Shown one piece after another: positions 57,853-64,000 of a stretch of 64,000 nt of DNA (position 1 is the first letter of the stretch; the number at the start of each line of letters is the position of its first letter). Source of the stretch: a virus. Lineage: Duplodnaviria; Caudoviricetes. The notes beneath the pieces are model-generated. The model did not search any database. It had not been told where the DNA came from and saw only the letters and a program-made list of their open reading frames with translations. The stretch is from the IMG/VR virus record IMGVR_UViG_3300013121_000054, positions 1 to 64,000 of that record; one strand, given 5' to 3'. The translations under genes were made by a program, and so were the position numbers.

Positions 57853-58272
57853 ATGGATGACAGCAAAGTAAAGCGCAAAGGAAAGGCAAAGCCAAAAGCC
57901 AGAAAGCCGCATAAGCGCGTGAACTTCGATCCAAATCAAGTCAAAAATTGGCGCAGCGTCACCTACACAGTGAAGCTCACATTTGCTGATTGGGATTACC
58001 GGGCGCAGCGCACCGTGATGGTAGGGGGAAATATTAGGGGATTAGAAGTGATAGAGCTAGCGGTTGAGCAGCTCTATGAAGACTTGCAGAAGGAAGCCGA
58101 TGATCGCGAAGGCACTGAGATGCAGCGGTGGGATCTGCCGCTTCTGATCCTGTCAAAGCCCGGCAAGCAGCTCTATTGCGAAGACGATCAAGACGATGGC
58201 GAAGACTGGCTGAAAAACATGCTGATCAAGGCCGAGATTGTAGATGTGCAGCAAGACGAAAAGGAGAAATAG
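57853..58272 (+). CDS. hypothetical protein
   Basis: 139-aa ORF. Confidence 0.55.
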   Translation: MDDSKVKRKGKAKPKARKPHKRVNFDPNQVKNWRSVTYTVKLTFADWDYRAQRTVMVGGNIRGLEVIELAVEQLYEDLQKEADDREGTEMQRWDLPLLILSKPGKQLYCEDDQDDGEDWLKNMLIKAEIVDVQQDEKEK

Positions 58273-58274
58273 TA

Positions 58275-58646
58275 GTGAGCAGTCTAGTAAAAGCGCACCT
58301 GACAGGGCGCGTCATGGCGTCGCCGGAGAAACGATTCACGGCGCAAAATAACACCCCACTGTGCGACTTCCCGCTGGGTGTCATCACTCCAGCATTTGGC
58401 GATCGCCCCGAGGAGATCGACGCCATAAAGGTCATCGTGTGGCGCGATCAAGCCGATGAGGTGGTGAAGACCATCAAGAAGGGTGACACGGTGGTGGTGG
58501 TCGGAAGGCTCCAGATCAACAACTACACCACGCAAGACGGGCAGAAGAAACGCTCGACTGAGCTGGTGGCGGATTCTGTCGAGCGCGTCGCAGGGCTCGT
58601 GGCTGCTGCCTGGCAGCAGGAGATCGATGAGGCCTTTGCTGACTAG
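58275..58646 (+). CDS. ssb: single-stranded DNA-binding protein
   Basis: GTG start; LTGRV...PEKRFT, IKVIVWRDQA...IKKGD.VVVVGRLQINNY...ELVAD. Confidence 0.9.
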   Translation: MSSLVKAHLTGRVMASPEKRFTAQNNTPLCDFPLGVITPAFGDRPEEIDAIKVIVWRDQADEVVKTIKKGDTVVVVGRLQINNYTTQDGQKKRSTELVADSVERVAGLVAAAWQQEIDEAFAD

Positions 58647-59018
58647 ATGCAGATTGATGAGCTGCTCGCAGCGGTAATTGATAAGAATGAAGAGCCAGTC
58701 ACTGAAGAGTGGCTATATCTCAACGGCTTCAGGAGATATGAAGGGCGAAGAGATGAGCGCTTGCCGGTGCGCCGATTGCTGATACCTGGTAGCTCTTTCG
58801 GGCTCTCGCTCGATATCGCGAGGCGCGATCGGGAATCTGGTGAGTGGCACTCATGGCTTGCCCAGGAAGACCCCTATCGGCACATCTTTATTCGGTATGT
58901 GTCGATGCGCTGCGACGTTATTGATCTCTTTCAGGCGCTATCTGGGCAGCGGTGGAAAGAGTGCGAAGACAAAGACCTGGAGCAGTTCAAGCCCATATGG
59001 GAGCTGGAGGCAGAGTGA
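58647..59018 (+). CDS. hypothetical protein
   Basis: VTEEWLYLNGF pattern; coupled. Confidence 0.55.
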   Translation: MQIDELLAAVIDKNEEPVTEEWLYLNGFRRYEGRRDERLPVRRLLIPGSSFGLSLDIARRDRESGEWHSWLAQEDPYRHIFIRYVSMRCDVIDLFQALSGQRWKECEDKDLEQFKPIWELEAE

Positions 59019-59181
59019 TAATTTACACAGAAGTTGAGCGCGAGAAGCTCATTCAGCAATTTGCGGTGGCGCTGGTACCCGTGCTTTATGCTGATACGCC
59101 GAAGGGAAAGAAAGAAGAACGCATCTGGGAGGCAGCAGAAGCGCTTGTCGAGGAGCGCTACCCACGGAGTGAAATGCTGAA

Positions 59182-59556
59182 ATGAGACTCGATGAGATCA
59201 AGGCGCGCGCAGCGGCTGCGACACCTGTATTTGAAAGACCGACCCATTCCGATCATGGTGCTGAGCCCGAATGGGGGAAGAATCGTGTCTCATATGTATT
59301 CCACCAGGATGAGGTCGGATATGAGATCGCGCGCTTCACACACCTGTCAAACCATCGCGCAGATGCCAATTTCTATGCCAGAGCAAAGACTGACATCGAC
59401 TGGCTGATCGCGCGGCTGGAGCAAGCCGAGAAGGTGGTCGAATACCTTATACGCGAAGCCTTGCGCCGATACCTGGAGAACTTCCGCCGCACTTCTGCTG
59501 AAGTTTCTTCATCTTGGGAAACGGTAGGAGCAGGCAATGGAAAGGTCAAAGCATGA
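59182..59556 (+). CDS. hypothetical protein (Ead/Ea22-like pattern)
   Basis: RLDEIKARAAAATP...ADANFYARAKTDIDWLIARLE. Confidence 0.55.
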   Translation: MRLDEIKARAAAATPVFERPTHSDHGAEPEWGKNRVSYVFHQDEVGYEIARFTHLSNHRADANFYARAKTDIDWLIARLEQAEKVVEYLIREALRRYLENFRRTSAEVSSSWETVGAGNGKVKA

Positions 59557-59879
59557 AAACTTCAGAGCAGCTCGTCAAAGATATTGACGCAGGTCTTGTG
59601 GAACTAAAGGAACACCAGTTATCACTGTTTCACAGACTTTATGATGGTGACTGGAGGTCTCTATCCACAGAGAAGCTACAGACTCTATACGACATTGTTG
59701 ACAGAACCATCACCAAAAACAACAAGGAGGCAGAATGCAAATGGGTGGAGGAGTATGCCAAAACAGAAGAATGAAGACAGAGACATAGCATTTCAGCCAC
59801 GCTGGGCTGAGTTGTTTAGGCTGATTAACGTGCTGGCGATGCACGACGTGATCATGACCTCGGAGGGGCAGAAAGCGGT

Positions 59880-60530
59880 ATGAGCCTCTGTCTAAGCACA
59901 TCCCCAGCACCGCCGCGCCCGGTGCGCATGTGGCGCTACCGCATACCGGGCAGCAAGCGTGACAGTGGCGGAGTGGTCGTGATTGATGAGACCGGGCTAT
60001 TCACGGCAGTGACTGATTTCGGCAACTACGCTCACTGGTGGCCAGGCCAGCACAGCGGATACAGTGACTTCCGCTTATTCATTCACAACCTCTCGCGCAA
60101 ATGTGCCGAGTATCCAGATTACCTGCTGGAGAAGGTGCGCAGAAAGCGCACAGAGATCGATTTCAAAGCCCTGCGCAAGAAGCTTACTTTGCATATTTTT
60201 GAGATGCACAAAAAGCACCTGAGCCACAAGAAGAAGGGCTGCAAAAATACCAGGTGCAGCCATGGGGAATGGTCGCCTCGAAATATTCACTGCCACTACG
60301 AGCGGTGCGACTTGGAGTGGCGAAACAAGATGCTGAAATTTGTCAAAGAGATGTCTGACAAATCAGAGCTTGATGAGCTGTATCACACTTATGCGATACC
60401 GGATCTCGATTGGTCAGAAGGGCTGGTGCATTACGAATGGGATTGCCAGGCGCTCTTCTTTGCCAGGGAGATAATGCCTAGGCTGCATGCCCAGCTCGAC
60501 GCGGAGCTCAAAGCTGAGGGCCTGCTATGA
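59880..60530 (+). CDS. hypothetical phage protein
   Basis: 216 aa; GLFTAVTDFGNYAHWW. Confidence 0.65.
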   Translation: MSLCLSTSPAPPRPVRMWRYRIPGSKRDSGGVVVIDETGLFTAVTDFGNYAHWWPGQHSGYSDFRLFIHNLSRKCAEYPDYLLEKVRRKRTEIDFKALRKKLTLHIFEMHKKHLSHKKKGCKNTRCSHGEWSPRNIHCHYERCDLEWRNKMLKFVKEMSDKSELDELYHTYAIPDLDWSEGLVHYEWDCQALFFAREIMPRLHAQLDAELKAEGLL

Positions 60531-60757
60531 GCTTGCCAGCGATAACAGAGAGCATCGACACCTGCAGGGCGTGCGGGCAGACCTTCGCACCTGGGGAGGA
60601 GTATGAATACTTCTTCAACACCGATGACAATCAGCACCTGGGGCCATGCCCCACGCGCTTTGAGCATATGGTGCGGTGCATGCTCGGTAACGGGCTGGCA
60701 GACATAAACAAGGGATTATATGGAACCGCGCAACCTGGCTGCCACAGCCGAGAATAA
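60527..60757 (+). CDS. hypothetical Cys-containing protein
   Basis: CRACG; overlaps the MTase-like ORF. Confidence 0.45.
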   Translation: MSLPAITESIDTCRACGQTFAPGEEYEYFFNTDDNQHLGPCPTRFEHMVRCMLGNGLADINKGLYGTAQPGCHSRE

Positions 60758-61106
60758 GATCGCGCCTCTCTGGTTCGGCCCAGGCTCACCGCTGGGTGAA
60801 GACAGCTTAGCGCCCGAGCTGCTCTGGCCTGAGCAGGCGCTCTGCTTCTTAAATCCGGAATTTGGCAATATCCCGCCATGGGCAAAGAAGTGCGCCGAGA
60901 GCGGCAGCCGGATCTTATTTCTAACTCCCGGCTCAATCGATTCAGAGTGGTATGCCAAATTTGTCGAGCCTTACGCATATGTGCTCGGGCTGAGCCCGCG
61001 GCTGAAATTCAAGGGCGCCAATGATCCCTTTCCCAAGCCTTGCATCCTGAGCTGCTATGGCTTCTATGGTTTTACCGGCTTTGATACCTGGAGGTGGAAG
61101 AAATGA
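60720..61106 (+). CDS. phage Dam-family N6-adenine methyltransferase, N-terminally short, NPEF variant
   Basis: LAATAENK.AP.WF...DSL, FLNPEF.NI.PWAKKC, LTPGSIDSEWY, PRLKFKGANDPFPK. Confidence 0.65.
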   Translation: MEPRNLAATAENKIAPLWFGPGSPLGEDSLAPELLWPEQALCFLNPEFGNIPPWAKKCAESGSRILFLTPGSIDSEWYAKFVEPYAYVLGLSPRLKFKGANDPFPKPCILSCYGFYGFTGFDTWRWKK

Positions 61107-61369
61107 TCATCAGCGAGATTTTAGCGCCCGACAGCCTGCGCAAAATCTACAGCGTGCCCAGCGCGCGCCTTGAGTACATAGAGCAGCTCATCATGGTGGA
61201 GCTGCAAAAGCAGGCGGCGCTCTACGGCAGAAAGCCACATGCTGGATTCAGTCTGCCACTTTCGGAGAAGGATCGCGAGCACCTCGACGCAGCCTTCACG
61301 GCAGCCGGCTGGCGGACGCGGTGGTCCAAGGATATTGATAATTGGATCTTGGTTGTCTATGAGGAGTAG
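61094..61369 (+). CDS. hypothetical protein
   Basis: GGAGGT RBS; probable start ATG 61103. Confidence 0.55.
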   Translation: MEEMIISEILAPDSLRKIYSVPSARLEYIEQLIMVELQKQAALYGRKPHAGFSLPLSEKDREHLDAAFTAAGWRTRWSKDIDNWILVVYEE

Positions 61370-61760
61370 CACCGTGGGAGCTAATGACAAGTATGAGCGC
61401 CACACTCAGCGTGAAGGCTGGGAGGTTGGCAAATTTGCTAAGCGCGATCGCAGAAACAAGAGGCGTTTGCGCACGACTACGCAGAAAGAGGATCAAGCAG
61501 AGGTGCGCGCGAGCCACTCAGAGCAGGCAGTCGATGCTGACTTGCCGCGCCGATGCCCCGGCCCTGCATTCTGCGATGAGATCGAGTGTGACTACTGTGG
61601 CAGGCTGTGAGGGTTATCTAATGAGTGGATACGACTATGACCAGGCGCCAGAGCAGGAGGTGCCACCAACAATGATCGAGCTGGTGATCATCGGGCTGCT
61701 GATCGCGGTGGTCTTCTCGATCAGCGCAGCGCGACAAATCAAGGAGGCATTCAGCAGAAG

Positions 61761-62057
61761 ATGAACATCAATGTACCCGAGTCAGCAAGAGACCACTTCT
61801 GGCAGGAGCCACCGCCCGGGCATCGAGAATTCTGGAGCTTCAGCCGCTTCAAGCCGCCCTGCGCTGTCGGCGATGTGCTGATATTTCGCTTCGATGGCGA
61901 GGCAGTGGCGCGAGCGATCTGCTCGGAAATCGAGCCACCTGGGCAGTCAAAGTGTGCCAGCACTGGGCGCTTTGAGCGTGGCTGGAAAGTGTATTGGGAG
62001 CCGGAAACCTTTGAGGATCTGCGCGGCTCTATGAGACAAACCCTAAGATCGCCATGA
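61761..62057 (+). CDS. ASCH/PUA-like small protein
   Basis: HFW.EPP...EFW...KPPCAVGDVLIFRFDG. Confidence 0.5.
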   Translation: MNINVPESARDHFWQEPPPGHREFWSFSRFKPPCAVGDVLIFRFDGEAVARAICSEIEPPGQSKCASTGRFERGWKVYWEPETFEDLRGSMRQTLRSP

Positions 62058-62108
62058 CACCACACATAGTATTATTCTCTGCACTGCATTAAACCGAGGA
62101 ATTACCGC

Positions 62109-62405
62109 ATGCTTACGCCTGATGAGGCTAAGGGCGTGCCGCGCCCACAGCGCGAGCAGAAGCCCAAGGAAGATGAAACAAATTGGGAGCAGGAGCGCGA
62201 CGCGATGATCGAGCGCGTGAATAAGTTTCTGCGCGATGGTAATTACAGAGGCCGCCCCTTCCAGCTCGAAATCGGCAAGGGCTGCCAGAAAGCTCGCAAG
62301 GGCTTTGTCCAGCACCTTGAAGCTCACGGCTGGCGGGCTGATGAAAAGATGTTCTTTGATCGCGGCACCGAGAACTGGGTCGCGCGCATCAAGCAGGCTT
62401 TCTGA
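62109..62405 (+). CDS. hypothetical protein
   Basis: GAGG RBS; coupled to the next gene. Confidence 0.6.
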   Translation: MLTPDEAKGVPRPQREQKPKEDETNWEQERDAMIERVNKFLRDGNYRGRPFQLEIGKGCQKARKGFVQHLEAHGWRADEKMFFDRGTENWVARIKQAF

Positions 62406-62683
62406 TGAAAGTCGCACTGCATGAGCTAAAGACCGAGCAGCCTTGGTTTAGCGAAATAGCGCGCGGTATCAAGGATTTCGAGGTGCGTGAGCACGATCGG
62501 ATCTTTGAGGTCGGCGACCTGCTGAATCTGCGCGAATACGACAAAAACTATAAGTGCTATAGCGGAAGACACATTCTGGCGCGCATCAAGAAGGTGATGA
62601 GCCATGAAGAATTCCCGCTGGCAATCCGTAAAGGTTACTGCATTCTCGGCATCGAGAGGCTCTCACAAACTATCCAAACATAA
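62405..62683 (+). CDS. ASCH/PUA-domain protein (DUF3850-like)
   Basis: HELKTEQPWFSEIARGIKDFEVREHDRIFEVGDLLNLREY. Confidence 0.85.
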   Translation: MKVALHELKTEQPWFSEIARGIKDFEVREHDRIFEVGDLLNLREYDKNYKCYSGRHILARIKKVMSHEEFPLAIRKGYCILGIERLSQTIQT

Positions 62684-62698
62684 GGAGAATCATAGACT

Positions 62699-63439
62699 AT
62701 GGGGAAAATCTTGAGTCAGGTACTGGCTCTTCAGCAAGGCCGCAAAGAAAGCATCGACAAAGAAATCAGCCAGCTCGCAACAGCATCCACAAAACTTGAT
62801 CAGCTCACTGGCTTTGTGAATCAGTACCAAGCCTTGAATGAGGAAGATCACGAGCAGTTCAGCGATGAGGCCAAGAAGGTGCAAGCAATAGCGCCAGATA
62901 TCCTTTCGCGCTTGTCGCAGCTTATTGCCGAAGAGGTGGACATCGAAGCCACCAAGGACAATACCAACTGCTTCGCCCGGGCTGATATTATCCTTTCCGG
63001 CATAGTGTGGGCAAAAGATGTGCCAGTCACTACTCTGCTCTACCTCGAAAAACGTCTGACCGCTTGGCGGGCGATCATATCGAAGATACCCATGCTTGAC
63101 GCATCGGAGAACTGGACCCCAGACACCACTCAGCAAGGGCTGTGGAGGAGTGAAACGCGCAAGACCCACAGAACCAAGAAGGTGCCGAAGCCGATCACAC
63201 TGGCGCCTGCTACTACGGAATTCCCCGCCCAGGTGCAAATGATCGCAGAAGACCAGGTAGTCGGCTACTATCACAAAGTGATTCTTTCTGGCGCACTGCC
63301 GGCCACTCGCTGGGCGCAGCTCATGCAGCAAGCAAACCAATTGATCGATGCTGTGCGAATGGCGAGAGAGCAAGCAAATACTGTTCCTGCACAAGATCTA
63401 AAGATCGGACAAGCGATCTTTGATTACCTGATGCAGTAG
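62699..63439 (+). CDS. 246-aa helical-hairpin/beta-insert protein of unknown function, directly upstream of the structured RNA
   Basis: AAGGAG RBS; TKDNTNCFARAD, VPVTTLLYLEKRL, HRTKKVPKPITLAPATTEFPAQV, SGALPA, AVRMAREQAN. Confidence 0.85.
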   Translation: MGKILSQVLALQQGRKESIDKEISQLATASTKLDQLTGFVNQYQALNEEDHEQFSDEAKKVQAIAPDILSRLSQLIAEEVDIEATKDNTNCFARADIILSGIVWAKDVPVTTLLYLEKRLTAWRAIISKIPMLDASENWTPDTTQQGLWRSETRKTHRTKKVPKPITLAPATTEFPAQVQMIAEDQVVGYYHKVILSGALPATRWAQLMQQANQLIDAVRMAREQANTVPAQDLKIGQAIFDYLMQ

Positions 63440-63491
63440 AATGACAAAGCTGTGAGGCGAAGCTAAAGCTCAATTTCAAGTTAAGCTCGCA

Positions 63492-63564
63492 GAGAGGAGA
63501 GGAAGGTTCGATTCCTTCCTCGGGCACCATAAGCCCGAGTAGCCCAGATGGTAGAGGCACTCTC
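63492..63564 (+). ncRNA. circularly permuted tRNA-like module 1
   Basis: AC3' GAGAG, var GAGAG, T-arm GAAGG/TTCGATT/CCTTC, CTCGGGC-A-CCA-TAA-GCCCGAG, TA, D-arm GCCCAGATGGTAGAGGC, AC5' CTCTC. Confidence 0.85.
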
Positions 63565-63640
63565 GGCGAAAGAAAGTTAAGTCTATCCTCACAAGTTGAT
63601 GCCTGGAACCAGTTGCGAAAATCCAGCAGCGGCAAAAATC

Positions 63641-63709
63641 TAGTTTATATGTCAGTTCAAGTCTGACCGTGGGTGCCAGCCCGCGTAGCTCAATGGCAGA
63701 GCGAAACTA
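63641..63709 (+). ncRNA. circularly permuted tRNA-like module 2
   Basis: AC3' TAGTTT, var ATAT, T-arm GTCAG/TTCAAGT/CTGAC, CGTGGGT-G-CCA-GCCCGCG, TA, D-arm GCTC/AATGGCA/GAGC, AC5' AAACTA. Confidence 0.85.
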
Positions 63710-63765
63710 TTCAATCTGAAACGTCGCACTAAAATCGCTGAGAAGATTCGTTAATGAGCAGAGCA

Positions 63766-63837
63766 CTGCATGTAGCTCAAGAGTAGAGCAACAGTCACGT
63801 AAACTGTAGAGTGCGGGTGCGATTCCCGTCTTGCAAA
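63766..63837 (+). tRNA. degenerate tRNA-like element, Thr(CGT) anticodon if read canonically
   Basis: full cloverleaf in normal order, but A33, no D-loop GG, T-loop TGCGATT, two acceptor mismatches and no encoded CCA. Confidence 0.55.
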
Positions 63838-63845
63838 TAAACCGC

Positions 63846-63881
63846 GCGCTCGCAGGAGGCTACCCTGCGGGCGTTGCTTTT
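63846..63881 (+). terminator. intrinsic terminator closing the RNA
   Basis: GCGCTCGCAGG-7nt-CCTGCGGGCGT-TGCTTTT. Confidence 0.7.
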
Positions 63882-63888
63882 CGAGTCA

Positions 63889-63918
63889 TTGACATAACCG
63901 CAAATTTGCGGTTATAGT
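63889..63918 (+). promoter_or_regulatory. sigma70 promoter with a perfect 22-bp palindrome in the spacer
   Basis: TTGACA 63889-94, 18 bp, TATAGT 63913-18; ATAACCGCAAATTTGCGGTTAT at 63894-63915. Confidence 0.8.
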
Positions 63919-63949
63919 AAAGAGGTCGAGAGCAAAGGAGCCGCTACCA

Positions 63950-64000
63950 ATGGATATCAACCTCGCCGATTACGACATCATCCTGATTAACAGCTCGGGC
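63950..64000 (+). CDS. partial CDS, probable PAPS-reductase-family (PP-loop) protein
   Basis: AAGGAG RBS; MDINLADYDIILINSSG fits the start of an SSGGKDS PP-loop; only 17 codons visible. Confidence 0.5.
   Translation, partial: MDINLADYDIILINSSG

Noticed and set aside
56975-62405. Possible paralogy of three small ORFs ending in A.GW(R/K) (56975, 61094, 62109)
   Set aside because: The shared pattern is too short to support without a profile alignment.
63321-63635. 104-aa minus-strand ORF over the RNA
   Set aside because: Antisense shadow of a structured RNA and the preceding CDS; no RBS or family pattern.
63440-63881. Two-piece tmRNA or a canonical Y RNA
   Set aside because: Neither acceptor stem has G3.U70, there is no credible tag ORF, and no Ro60/TROVE gene or recognisable Ro-binding stem is in the window; kept only as structural analogies.
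1-64000. CRISPR array, DGR or retron
   Set aside because: No repeat-spacer array, reverse transcriptase or TR/VR pair was seen by eye; the 15-bp triple repeat has no spacers.

Overview
The whole window is bacteriophage DNA (myovirus-type, contractile tail); I see no host housekeeping genes and no att junction. Layout: (i) 1-9951 (+), recombination/replication arm with Bet-like annealase, RusA, DEDDh exonuclease, Toprim-D5 primase-helicase and RHH; (ii) 10216-51909 (-), endolysin and membrane proteins, fibre/baseplate/tail/head genes, terL/terS, ParB-DNA methyltransferase, HNH and about 20 small ORFs; (iii) 51910-53690, the divergence zone, with a FimB/FimE-type tyrosine recombinase between inverted repeats and an AT-rich iteron-like tract; (iv) 53689-64000 (+), small early-type ORFs, HNH, SSB, a Dam-like MTase and ASCH proteins, then a 246-aa protein followed by a ~400-nt structured non-coding RNA, and the first 17 codons of a probable PAPS-reductase-family gene. 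The main finding is that RNA (63440-63881): two tandem circularly permuted tRNA mimics, opened at the anticodon with the acceptor end closed through CCA, plus a degenerate tRNA-Thr-like element. Other notable points: classical signal peptides on four fibre-region proteins and on an Ntn/HslV-like peptidase, and a structured major-capsid leader with three GC-UWGAU-GC stem-loops. All calls come from motif recognition and manual base-pairing; no searches were run. The host cannot be determined from the window.
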